A DNA stretch of 62,178 nucleotides, the filler included, from Rhabdomonas costata (Eukaryota): the NCBI GenBank assembly GCA_019059605.1. It is 21 parts of 21 records of this genome, joined end to end, with 100 filler letters (N's around TTAATTAATTAA, not from the genome) between each part and the next. Parts side by side here need not be neighbours in the genome. Positions count along the whole stretch, not along the records: positions 50,444 to 53,303 come from JAHMHO010001863.1; positions 53,404 to 56,260 come from JAHMHO010001864.1; positions 56,361 to 59,219 come from JAHMHO010001865.1; positions 59,320 to 62,178 come from JAHMHO010001866.1; 17 more parts are not named here. One strand, given 5' to 3'. Shown one piece after another: positions 51,438-62,178 of this stretch (position 1 is the stretch's first letter; every line of letters starts with the position of its first letter). The notes beneath the pieces are model-generated. The model was not told the DNA's origin and searched no databases. It saw only the letters and a list, made by a program, of their open reading frames with translations. The position numbers were made by a program, and so were the translations under genes.

Positions 51438-51581
51438 TCCCAGGGGACACGTGCATCGCCTCCTAACCGCCCTACAAATGCTTCTATTGCAATCCCAGGA
51501 GAACTATGCACCTAACCCCATGCAAAAGCCTCGGTTAGAATCCCAGGGGACGCGTGCATCGCCTCGTAACCCCCTGCAAAT
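51438..51581. repeat. Three degenerate ~51-bp tandem units
   Basis: TCCCAGGGGAC(A/G)CGTGCATCGCCTC(C/G)TAACC at 51438 and 51541; degenerate TCCCAGGAGAAC..CCTAACCCC copy at ~51494. Confidence 0.8.
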
Positions 51582-52761
51582 TCCCTGCTTGGCCCAAGCG
51601 ACCTGTTTTTTCACGTTTTTTTTTTGCGTTGGATTTTGACTATGGTGCAACTGTGCACACCTTTGTGCAGTCTTTCATTCATATTGACTGTTCATTACTC
51701 GTTGATTTAACGACTGAGAAGAACATTATTGCTCCTCCAAATGTCGTGATGAACGCGTCGTTTGACCCCCTTAAGATTGAATTCATCGGGCAACTCTGGT
51801 ATGGGTGACTCTCTTAGAAAAAACCTGTCCCAAGTTCAGGACGGACTTTTTACAGTCTCCGCGCGGATGATCCAATCCAACAAAGAGCAAAACAGGATCT
51901 TCAAAAAAGTTATACAGAAAAACCCAAATCAGTCTTTGATAACTACCTTTTTAACAAAGAACAAAGATCACCAAAACAATTGTTAAAATGGGGCGGGAAA
52001 ACTGTTTGAACCCGGCGCCAACCCTTTGAGTTGCTTCTGAACTGACATTTCAAACGAGAAAAACACCAAAGAGAACATTTCGCAGGTTCAAGCAGTGTCC
52101 GCAGGGAAATAATGGACACTACGGTATGAATACAGAGGCCGGAAAATACCATAAAAAGGAAGGGTGACCTGCTCCTACGCAGAACACCGCTGCATAGCAC
52201 TGCTACATATCTACCAACTGAAAAATGCCGCGACCCACGCGCTTCTTCCCAGAAGCACGCGATTTCCCTCCTGCAAGAAAGCGGACCCACGTATTGTACA
52301 CACGAAATTCACGCAGGAAGCCTTTCCGCACATCCTGCTGTTTCCCTTACACAGGGAAGACGGGGGGGGGGTCCTCAGGAGTTTCCCTCGGAATACGTCC
52401 ATAAAAAGAAAAGAAAATCACGTACACAGAAGCCGACTTGTGAAACGAAAGCGGCAAAAGCAAAGGGACAAGCCAACCCGTGTATTGTCCCTGGACGAAA
52501 AGCGCTTGTGAAACCTTTTTTGTGAAACCTTAAGCACCTTAAGCAACTTAAGCCTCACAATAACCAGCACACACGAAGACAAACGCTGAACAACAACGTG
52601 AAAAAAATTTCAAGGTAGAGAAGGGGGGGGGACGGGGGAGGCCAAGCGTGGCAATTGTCGGCGGGCACTGCCGACGAAGGTATCAAAGTAAAATGAAACT
52701 CAAACTCAAGAACACAAGAGCACATCAAGATCGACGAAAGTAAAATCGGTGAGAAGAACGC

Positions 52762-53047
52762 TCACTCACACAAAAAGGACCCCTCATCGCCCTGTGGCTC
52801 GCCGGCTTTCCGAATCATTTTACTCCTCGCAAGGCTGGCCAAGGCATTCCATTCGTGCAGCGACAGCGGCTTGTTCAGGAACTTCGTGAACCCGGCGTCC
52901 TGGCAGCGCTGCTCGTACTCCTCTCTTAGGTTCGCCGTCAGCGCCACGATGGGGGTGCCGACGTGCTGGGGGAGGCGGCGGATGCGTCGGGCGGCCTCCA
53001 GGCCCCCCATCACAGGCATGTTGAGGTCCAGGAGGATAATCGAATAC
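52762..53047 (-). CDS. Response-regulator receiver domain, terminal exon (hybrid histidine kinase-type)
   Basis: YSIILLDLNMPVMGGLEAARRIR...PIVALTAN...CQDAGFTKFLNKP; phosphoacceptor D, TA and KP intact. Confidence 0.92.
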
Positions 53048-53984
53048 CTTTAAAAACAAGAGCACGTACAACGCAACAAAATGTAGACAAAGCATTTCAA
53101 ACTGCCCGATGAACCACCGCCTCTCCCAACACAAAAATCAGTCGTAGACGGGACAGCAAACACAATTGTAAAAACGCCTCGACCCAACTCCAGTCCTCCG
53201 GAAACCATTCGGCGTTCCATTGACAGGAACCCAGATGATTTTCATCCCTCAGCTTCCTCCTCAATCCCAAAACACACCGGTTGCTCTCGGCAAGCTCCAC
53301 AGCNNNNNNNNNNNNNNNNNNNNNNNNNNNNNNNNNNNNNNNNNNNNTTAATTAATTAANNNNNNNNNNNNNNNNNNNNNNNNNNNNNNNNNNNNNNNNN
53401 NNNTTGAGTTTGGGGCCAATATGTACATGCGCGGAGATTAGACGCAAAACTTATCTTGGAAGTCAATGCGGTTGTATGTAGGACAATCTGGTGGTAACAC
53501 TTTGGCAGGGTCTGTGGAAATGGATCTTTGTACTCCTCTCTGAGAGCACTTCTGGTGGAATTGGAGCTGTATGAACTGGAGGTACACAGGTCTCTGGATC
53601 AAGGTTCTTTGTCATCTACTGAACGTCTTTGCGCACAGAAAGCTTCTTCAGAAGTTTTCACATTTTACAGACATGTATCCATTAATATTGACTGGATTAC
53701 CGCGTGTGATTTATGTGGTGTATGAGGAGGCAGAGTCGTAGCAGACGCCTTGCTCTCACAAAAGTTCAGCTTATAACTCGACTTGCGCAGCACATAATTG
53801 CTTGAATGTGCAAAATGTGTGGTTATATAAGTAGAAGCATTTTCAGGAGAGGACGAAATGGAATATGCCAAATGCCGTAAGTACAACTGCCGTAGGACTT
53901 CGGCTTCGTGTTCTATCACTTCTGTGGTTGGCTGCTTAGAAACACCACTAGCGGCCTATGGTTCCCAACAAAACAAAATCCATG

Positions 53985-54355
53985 ATACAAACCCGCCTTC
54001 ACATTTTGCACTCCACGTCAGTTGTAGAACAACGTGCACGGTGGTGTTGCAATGTACTCAAACAGCAATTGCCCCACAAAATCACACTCTTTGTCGTGGT
54101 AGTCTCAAACTCCTTGAATAAACAGCAAGATATTAATTCGGTTTTATAAATCAATTACAACTGCTACAACTGAGATGTTGTGCTTCAAGGCCGAACTACT
54201 GCGCAATGCAATGCGTCCGCACATGCCGGTAGGTATGGAAAATGACTGGTCTATAGGAATGAGAGCATTGTCTCCAGATGCAAAATCTTCTGTTTTATAC
54301 ATGCCAAAACCTGCGGCAAGTGTGGTGCTTTGGCGTAGTAGAACAGGATTGCCGT
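53985..54355 (-). pseudogene. dut: Trimeric dUTPase remnant
   Basis: AAGFGM (motif I), GRIALRSS (II), VVID (III), ILLF..G, GQLLFE (IV); in-frame stops. Confidence 0.85.
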
Positions 54356-55369
54356 TGGGACATTTTACCAGCAGAGTTTCCGCCTCTGGCACCGAAACCT
54401 TCCTAGTAGGAGCCGGATGGGTTCCGCTCACGAGATGGAGTTAACTCAGGCTCTACAACGAGTTCCTGAGCTGTATTGGGAGTTGGCGCAAAGGCATTCA
54501 GTTACATGTTATTTGCGTCTTCAGAAAGATAAATTGATGGTGTGATGATACTGAACTATCGATTGCTTTTTGCAACAGGAACACTGGAAATATTTGTTAC
54601 CAACCCAATATGAACTCATCTCCATACAGCACTGCGCATGTCATCTGCTGAAGCAGTAAGTATGCTTACGAGAGAATACTGCTCATATCCAACAAAAAAC
54701 TAACACTGTAGCTGACAAATTGTCCGCAGCACGCTGTTGTGTGACGGCTATTCCAGTTTTTATACAACTCCGCGCTGCAAACTGCCGCTACTTATCATGA
54801 GTATGTGGTTTCATGTAATGTTGTGCATATGAAGGAAACCACCGCACTTGTATTGGCTGCTACATTTGAGGAGTCGGCGTTATCCGCTTCTGCTCATACG
54901 CAACAACTGCTGGGTTCGGACGCTCCGTCCCATCAGTTGGTGACTCCATTTCCAGTTTTGTGCTTAAATAAATCTTAGGGTAGTTGCGTGACAATAATGT
55001 GGGATGTTGCTCCTCCACAGTTGGTTGCCAACGAGACCACGGAAGCAGCAGTTGCAGTGTCCAAGGAGGCCGCTCCGCCAATTACCAGAAAAGTCTTCTT
55101 CCACCAATTCATTACAGAACCTCTGTCTTCAGAGCCAACTCCATTTTAATGTCAGAACTACATCACTGACAAATTGGTCAAGAAGAAATACTTTCTGGAG
55201 GACACTAATAATATGAATGACACAAATTTTTTCCACTGTGGCCGCACTTGTGAAACCTGATACATCTACCGTAGGGAGATGGCATGTGGTATCAGCATTG
55301 AAGAGGAAGCATGACCCCATGAACGCAGTGAATGGGGATAGCATCTTACTCAGCTTGACTTTATCACAC

Positions 55370-56034
55370 TGTTACCCTGCGGGGACCTTACACCCCTACA
55401 TGATGGGCCATGACGTAGTAATGGACCATCATGGAGGCAGGTATCGTGAATGAGTGGAGGCACCCTATGGTGGTGGAACGACTGAACCACGCATCTAGGA
55501 TGGATGTCAAAGCGTAGCGTAGACATCCCGACATCCAACACGTAGCATGCGAGGTACCGAGCATGCGGAGTAGCATCATCCCACATCGTCGTCACTCCCC
55601 GCTGTCACGGGTCGTTCCTCATCTCATCGTCGTGATGCTCACGTTCTATCGCATCACTTCTCTTCCAACCGTTCCACTCCACCGCCATAAGGCGGCTACG
55701 TGTCACCCCTTCTCATACGTTCTGTCGATCACGTGTCGCCCTCTGCGGGTTCCTCTTTGCATCTTACCACACATCGTGGTTCCAGCGTTAGGTATCGGGT
55801 TCTTGCATTAGGGTAGGCATGTCAGCAGCGTAGGAAGGCATTGCGTAGGACATTGCAGCATCCATGCGTAGGATCAGCTGTACTCCGACATCTTCCCTCC
55901 ATCATCCCACCGTCCCTACGCACTAACACCCTTGCATCATCCCTTCATCCCTTCCATCCTCCATCACGCATCCTTCAACCCACACCTCCCAACACCTCAC
56001 ACCTTCACACCCTACGCATCCTCTCACCGTTACA
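55370..56034 (-). repeat. Candidate 5' LTR (~665 bp, TGTAAC...GTAACA)
   Basis: TG...CA termini with a 5/6 inverted match; composition differs from the AT-richer internal region; second LTR and PBS not seen. Confidence 0.4.
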
Positions 56035-56884
56035 CCCCAAAATCACCAATCACCATCACACTCCTTCCAACATCCCACTCTCACCCTCAGCTTGGCATCG
56101 CGTTTGACACCCACTCACTCTTTCAACTTACTCTACGCTCAACATCAGCGTGTCAGCAGCAGTGGTACAGCATCGACATCAGCATCAGCATCAGGGTCAC
56201 ATCCTGACATCCTGACATCCTGGTAAGAGTAGCAGCTGGCATGCATATTCCACCACCACCNNNNNNNNNNNNNNNNNNNNNNNNNNNNNNNNNNNNNNNN
56301 NNNNTTAATTAATTAANNNNNNNNNNNNNNNNNNNNNNNNNNNNNNNNNNNNNNNNNNNNTTTGTGTGGTCAGAGTTCCTGGGGGGGCGTCTGCAATGCC
56401 ACTTGTTGGTCGGTTGAAAGTGCTTTGACCCGAACATATGGGGAAGAGTGCTTCCCTGCAGCTCATCCTCATGGGAAATTAAAAAAGGGAGAACAGAAGG
56501 TGACATCCAGGCATCTCTTTCCAGTTTCCATCCCATGATGGCTCTTTTCATGAGCCCAAAAGACACCCATTTACGTTTGAGCGCCGTGATTTTCTGTGTT
56601 TTCTGCCACGCTTGCTTTGCGCTGGACCCCCCCCTAAAAAACAAAAACGCGATGCAAAGCTCTAATTGCCACTCTATGCTCACATTGATGTGTCTAAACA
56701 CTCAAATGCCCGAGGTCAATTCTTCTAATTCATCAAGCAACGGTGACATTCTGAGAGATCCAGCTGGGCCTCGAAACTGGAGCATCGTCGGCGCCCGTAT
56801 TTCTGCCCTGTATCTTCTGCTTTGAAGAAAGAATGCTGAACCAGCCAGCACAGGCAGAAGTAAGGTGCACACACACACACTCAC

Positions 56885-58615
56885 CCATCGGCGATGCACG
56901 CCAGCACGGCCGTGGTGCCGTCTTCCAGCCCCCGGGCCCGCGCCAGCTCCAGGAACCGTGCCTCAGTGTCCAGCAGGGCAACCCTAATGGCCTCCTTACA
57001 CTCCGAGGGCGAGGCGCGTGGCCCAATGTGCCTGTGTGGACCCACACGGACCGTGGGTGCAGTTTTTATCACTCCAAACACCAGAGCATTCCAGAAGCGG
57101 AGAGAAATAGGCATGAAACTTGCGGAGAGGCAAAGAAAGACAGTGTGTCACAGACGAAAGGGAATGCTCCCACAGATGGGGTACGTAACTATCAGTAAAA
57201 CAACAGTGCAAAGCAATTCGGCACTGGAAAAGCGACAACAAAACGGAGCATCTCGGAACCCCCCCCCCCAAAAAAAAAACAAGGAACCCGGGGTCGAACC
57301 ACAAGCGCGATAACAAACACAGCAGTCTGAGGCTGGGCGGGAAAGAGCGTGTGAAAACAGGCAACGGTGAAGAATGGGTGTCTGAAGGAGGAGAATGAGT
57401 GAGGAAGAAGTGTTTTTTTCACTGAGCGATCGGAGGAAGTGAGCGAGGCAGAAACAGAAAGTGGTCGTGGTCGTGGGACGAGCAGTGTGAGGAGAGACAT
57501 TTATCAGAAAATGTTTGATCCGCACGATCTGTCCGGAACAAAAATTTGGTGGTGCTGAAGAGAATGCTGTTTGCGTGACACTCGCGCGAGGGCTAACCAC
57601 TCAAATCCTACTCCATAGAAACTGCAAATATAGCCTCATGCGCTTTCAGGAGCTTCGGTCTTCTGGAGGTGCTTCCAGGACAGTTCGGGTGGGGGGGGAC
57701 TGGTTGTGGGCAAGATGGGCCAAGCGCGCACCTCGCGGCGAGCTCCAGGGTGTGAGTCTTGCAATATTCTGAGGCCTTGGCCCCGGCGTGGCCGTCGAAA
57801 AGGCCCAGCAGCACAACTTGGCCATGCACCGTCTTCACGGCGATGGAATCCTCCTGAGTCGCCCTTGGCCCTGGGCAAAAAGAAAGATGGATGGAAGTGA
57901 AGGTGCAGTGGAGAACTTCTGGAAAGTCAGTGCGGTGGTGGTGGGGGTTGGGGTGAAGGCTTCAGGCATTGCAGGCATCGCTGTGCCACATCAGTGGCAA
58001 AGCGACCAAACGATCAGAACGCTCCGATTCCGATTCCTCTGATGAAGCCAGCAAAGGAGAGGGGAGCGGGTGGCAAAGACTCAAATGGCCTATTACTCTT
58101 GGGTGTTTAAGACCGGAATGGGTTGGTCTGTTAACAGATTTCGCGCGACCCCTTCGAAAAGCAATACAGTTGTTTGAGGGCACTACTGTTTCGGAACTGT
58201 GGGCTTCCAGTAAAATCTGTTACTCAAAAGAGAAGGCGCAAACCCACTGGAAAGTAGATTTCCCCAAGATTACTTGCCCCTGTCTCTCCCAAAATTGTCG
58301 CTTGTCATATAAATCACACACTTTCTCGATTTCCCGCAAATCAGAGCACCTGGCTCGAACTCATGTGTTTCCTGTCCTTTCGGTAATCAGTACCCCCCCC
58401 CCTCCGCCCAACATGCACACAACGTGCTCAAGCGACTGATATGTTGGCCATCGCCAACTTTTTCCGCTGCCTGGCCGTTTCTCAGGGGGGTGCGGATCAC
58501 ATCCCTCTGCGGCTTGGAAATCCTGAATGAGGCGTTAGGGAGCTCCACCCTTCTGCGTCAGCCCACCTTGCTTATACCGTATCGCTCCTTGGCCTCTCTG
58601 CACTTCTTCTTCTGC
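56885..58615 (-). CDS. PP2C/PPM protein phosphatase fragment; exons (58643 or 58615)-58567, 57870-57732, 57031-56885
   Basis: KQG-PRATQEDS...LLGLFDGHAGAKASEYC...R-...AIRVALLDTEARFL...EDGTTAVLACI; in-phase GT-AG introns. Confidence 0.9.
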
Positions 58616-59319
58616 CTGGGATCCTCCGGTCAACGTCTTCTGACTATGGAGAGCCCAACAATGGCTCTGCTAAGGCCGTCCACCGAATCATGCTCCACAG
58701 TGAGCTGGGTGTGAAGGGTAAACACTCGTACGGATAGTGTCAGGCACTGAATGGGCTCGAATCCACACCACGGTCTGGTCACGCTTCGGCGTAAGGGTGA
58801 GCCCCACACCAACCAGGACTTCCCCTGTGCAAACATAGGAGTCAAAACTTGCCTGGTTCGGGACATAAGTTGCCGGAAGTCTCGAGCAGTCGTGAAGCTC
58901 AAGGTGATGGCTGAGAAAGCCGACACTTCCTCCACACACACATGCACACAGACTTCCAGATCCCCTCGAGAAAATAGTCTACACAAGTAACTCAATGCAA
59001 AAAGTCAACACAGCGAAAAGATCGGCAAGATTTTAAGCCCTCGAAAACTCCCTCTCTGCCTCACTCACCTCCTGGAGTAATGACAGTTCTACTTCAAACC
59101 ACACCCAACCACTTCCAACCACGGTGGAAAAACTTCATGTATGTAATTCGTGGTCTACGCGTTACCTTCACCCACTTTCACGACCACTTTCACCACCACC
59201 CTGCGAGCACACACACAACNNNNNNNNNNNNNNNNNNNNNNNNNNNNNNNNNNNNNNNNNNNNTTAATTAATTAANNNNNNNNNNNNNNNNNNNNNNNNN
59301 NNNNNNNNNNNNNNNNNNN

Positions 59320-61995
59320 TGTGGGTTCTTGTACCGCTGGTCACAGGGCAGGTTCGCCTCCAGCTCGGGAAGAAGCTCCTGGGGTCACAACCAATCCTCA
59401 CCCAAAAGCCTGATAAAGCTCATTCTCTGCACGGAGGAGAGGGTGCGATTATTCATATACCGTATACGATCATTCGTAAATAACAAGATGAGCATCGTTC
59501 GAACTGACGTCCACTTTTTGTTTGGGGGAGGGGAATCTGGTTTCGCATTGAAGGGTTCACACATTCTGGGAATCAGTGCCCGAGTAATTGCCACTATTGC
59601 CAAGGGGACCGCTATTTCTTTAACGTTGCCTTTCAATTCAAGAAAAGTACTCGTTTTACCCACAAGCAGTTGTGGCCGCGTCCCATTTTCCACTGGGGCA
59701 GACTATTGGACGTAAGGTCCGCAACAGCGCGCCACACAGTTCATGAGCTCAAGGTTCCCTCGGTGCACAAAGGGCCAGCCATAACAAATTGCAGAGTGAA
59801 ATTGAATGTAAAGGGTGCAGTGCCCCACGAAAATAATGCTGAGTGATTTTCTCTCATCAGAGTTCTACCAATATGTAAAAAGTTCTGCTCTTCATAACAC
59901 ATACATGCATACAGAAGTTCATGGACATGCAGCTTAAGTCGCACCTGAAACTTTGCAAGCTGCTGAGAGGCCTCGTCGTCCCGGAGACACAAGAAGGCCT
60001 CCATCGCCGCCTTGAATCCGAAAAGCTCATCCATGTAGGTCTGCGAGCGCGGAACGAGAAATGGACATCTGATATTCCACAGGCGGGCAACATAAGATTC
60101 TTCAGAGGTCAAGAAACGTATTGACAAGCGTGGCGAGGATGGTCTCAATGTGATCGACCCTGGGCACTGTAAACAGCTCCGCTGGCAGCACACAAACTCC
60201 TCACCGGAACCAGTTCACTGACAAGTCGACTGATTCTGAATATATCCCCGAGCGACTAGCAGAGCGTTTTCCACGCACGGGACCGCAACCCAAGAATTGC
60301 TGAATAGCGTCCAATGAAAGGCACACCAAAAACAAGGCGTGCGGAAAACGCGAAGAGGGAATGGTGGTAGGGAAGAGCGGCCACACCACGTAGAACCCCA
60401 CAATAATCTCCAGCGGGGAGTCCAGCTCCATCCACGCCACATCGCTGTCGTAGTAGTCATTGGTGCGGAACCCCTCTACCACGCATGGCAAAGGAAAGCA
60501 AAGAAGGGAGCAGGTCACAGGGCAACAGAACACAGTCATTTCTCTTCCAAAAAGCACCCCGGCTCGGCCCAGCACTCCTCCCCGCGCGGATTGCCCGCCC
60601 TCCCCCAAACCCGTACAGAGGTCAACGTGGAGAACAAAAGATGGGAGCATGCTGAGGTTAATGGGGTGACCCATGTACAGTGGGAGCTGCAGGCAAGCCG
60701 ACCAGGATGAATTCCTCTTCTCGTCATACCAAGGACCCCAAAGACCGAAAAGCTCCAGCCCAACCAAGTTTCGGTCCATTCCAATAGGACCATGAAGTAC
60801 TGCTCTCTTGGACACAGGATATGACTGCAAGACGAGGAAAGACGAAGGTCACCTTGCTCCCGTTCCCATTCTGCTTGCTCCCATTCTACCACCCACATGC
60901 TCCACCTTAGCCTGGGCTTTCTCATAGAATTCGAGACGGATGGGTGAAGCCAGAATAGAGCGTTTTTAGTTGATGGTTGCAAATTCCAAAATTAAATTAC
61001 GAATTCTCCATTCACGATTGCAAACTGCGGAAGAAAAGTGAATGAAACATTAAAAGAACACAGCGCGGCTCTGCCCACTGCATTTTTCAAGGGACTTGGG
61101 AATTCGCAAACATTATTGCAGCTTTTGCAGCTATTAGCGGATAACTCCGAACAAGAACGATAACGGCTGTAATGGATACCCCACACACCCCATCCACACC
61201 TGCCCGGGCATTGAGGTAGCGTTTCAGAGATGGATTCTCCGAGACCGCAGCGGCCTGCCGCAGTAGCGCGGCGAGACTCTCCAGCTCAGCCTGGTACGCC
61301 TCACTGTAAGGCACGGCCTGTAGGGCTCCCGATTCCCCAAACATGCGGCGGATGACATGGAAGTACCCCTTGGCCTCGGCCTGCCCAGCCTCCGGAAGAG
61401 TGCCCACCCTAACCCCCCCACCAAGCACGAGTGGTTATCTTGGACAATTTGGTTTTTTAACGCAAAAGTTTCAAAAAGGTTTCACAAGGTCGCAGCACGA
61501 TACCGAAAGTCTCTTTTGCTGCACACCCAACCTCTGCGCCAACCATTGACCGATCGACCCAATGGCAGTGGAAATTGTAGGAAAGTTACTGTTGCCGCAC
61601 GCCGCAACGCCTTGCCCGCACACAGCTTACTCACCTTTCCTTGAGCGAGTTTGGAAGACGGGGTGTGGGTGTGCAGATGGTGGTGGTGTGCTAAGAGGTG
61701 CTTCATTACCATTGAATTCACCAATACTGCCACGAAGGACTGGGGGGAGAGGAAAGAAGTGCAAAATCACACCAGGCATTGAACTCATCCCTGGACATCC
61801 CGTCAGGATAGTATCCCGCCCCTGCACAAAAGCAAACCACCACCAACACCATCAATGCAAATACAGTCCGAAGGTGGAGCGTCTGATGAAAGAGAAAAGA
61901 AAAGGAAAAAGGTAAAAGGGACCTTCCGGCTGGTGCTCTGGGATGCCTGGGTCAGTGACAAAGCGAACGTGACCGTCCAGAACCGACCACGGACC
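59320..61995 (-). CDS. Peptidase family M49 (dipeptidyl peptidase III, bacterial / plant-Nudix3-like subtype); exons 61995-61923, 61821-61773, 61408-61200, 60475-60387, 60040-59945, 59378 to <59320
   Basis: GPWSVLD..PEG-AGYYPDGMSRDEFNAW-..KGYFHVIRR..VPYSEAY..NPSLKRYLNARAE-GFRTNDYYDSDVAWMELDS..GFYV-TYMDELFGFKAAMEAF..-LEANLP; all introns in phase. Confidence 0.92.
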
Positions 61996-62178
61996 CTGCG
62001 AGGCAACCCATCGTTTTTTTGTTATTGGGAGAGGAAATAGATTCCGCCTTGGAGGGTTCCTCACCCGTTTCTGTTATTAGTACCTCGTTTTGAACAAGCT
62101 CGCCGTGATTAAGGGGGGTGCAACGACCCACAGCGAGCTTCACTAACTCCATTAAAACACATCGTTACCCAAACCCCC

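Larger units (their letters stand above)
53404..56034 (-). mobile_element. Decayed Ty3/Gypsy LTR retrotransposon, 5' half: candidate LTR - gag region - protease - dUTPase - RT start
   Basis: Protease remnant VSFLLDMSS (~54704-54679); dUTPase at 54355-53985; RT N-terminus EEYKDPFPQTLPK-LPPDCPTYNRIDF..PRMYILAP (~53545-53410). Confidence 0.7.

Noticed and set aside
55286..55295. TGGTATCAGC resembling a tRNA-Met primer-binding site
   Set aside because: On the wrong strand relative to the minus-strand element
57871..58039. Apparent non-canonical (CC-AG / GC-CA) intron in PP2C after ...WHSDACN
   Set aside because: A canonical phase-1 donor at 58567 (CAA G|GTGGGC) restores QGPRATQED, so no unusual splicing is needed
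2871..59319. Regularly spaced TTAATTAATTAA motifs resembling an array
   Set aside because: Synthetic linker embedded in N runs; ORFs ending in X..LIN are artefacts and cross-gap gene neighbourhoods are meaningless

Overview
This is not a continuous locus. It is 21 unrelated ~2.86-2.89 kb contigs joined by an artificial 100-nt spacer (N44-TTAATTAATTAA-N44), so ORFs that cross the spacers are artefacts. Most contigs come from an intron-rich protist nuclear genome with GC-rich exons and mostly GT-AG introns with very degenerate donors. A euglenozoan (probably euglenid) origin is inferred from a 'DEWMYQL'-type cyclase and candidate outron-like acceptors. Manual splicing gives fragments of an SDR oxidoreductase, a START-domain protein, a class III cyclase, an ABCG/PDR transporter, SmD3, a class I HDAC, a WD40 protein, a receiver domain, PP2C and an M49/DPP3 peptidase. 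Mobile DNA comprises two decayed Ty3/Gypsy elements and two CRE-like (RLE) non-LTR fragments. One Gypsy element carries a trimeric dUTPase between protease and RT, plus a candidate LTR. Also present are a diverged ~400-bp repeat preceded by TTAGGG tracts, several fold-back palindromes, and a Bacteroidota capsule-export gene fragment fused to eukaryotic DNA. No rRNA, tRNA or CRISPR array was recognised. All family calls come from motif recognition by eye, not from database searches.
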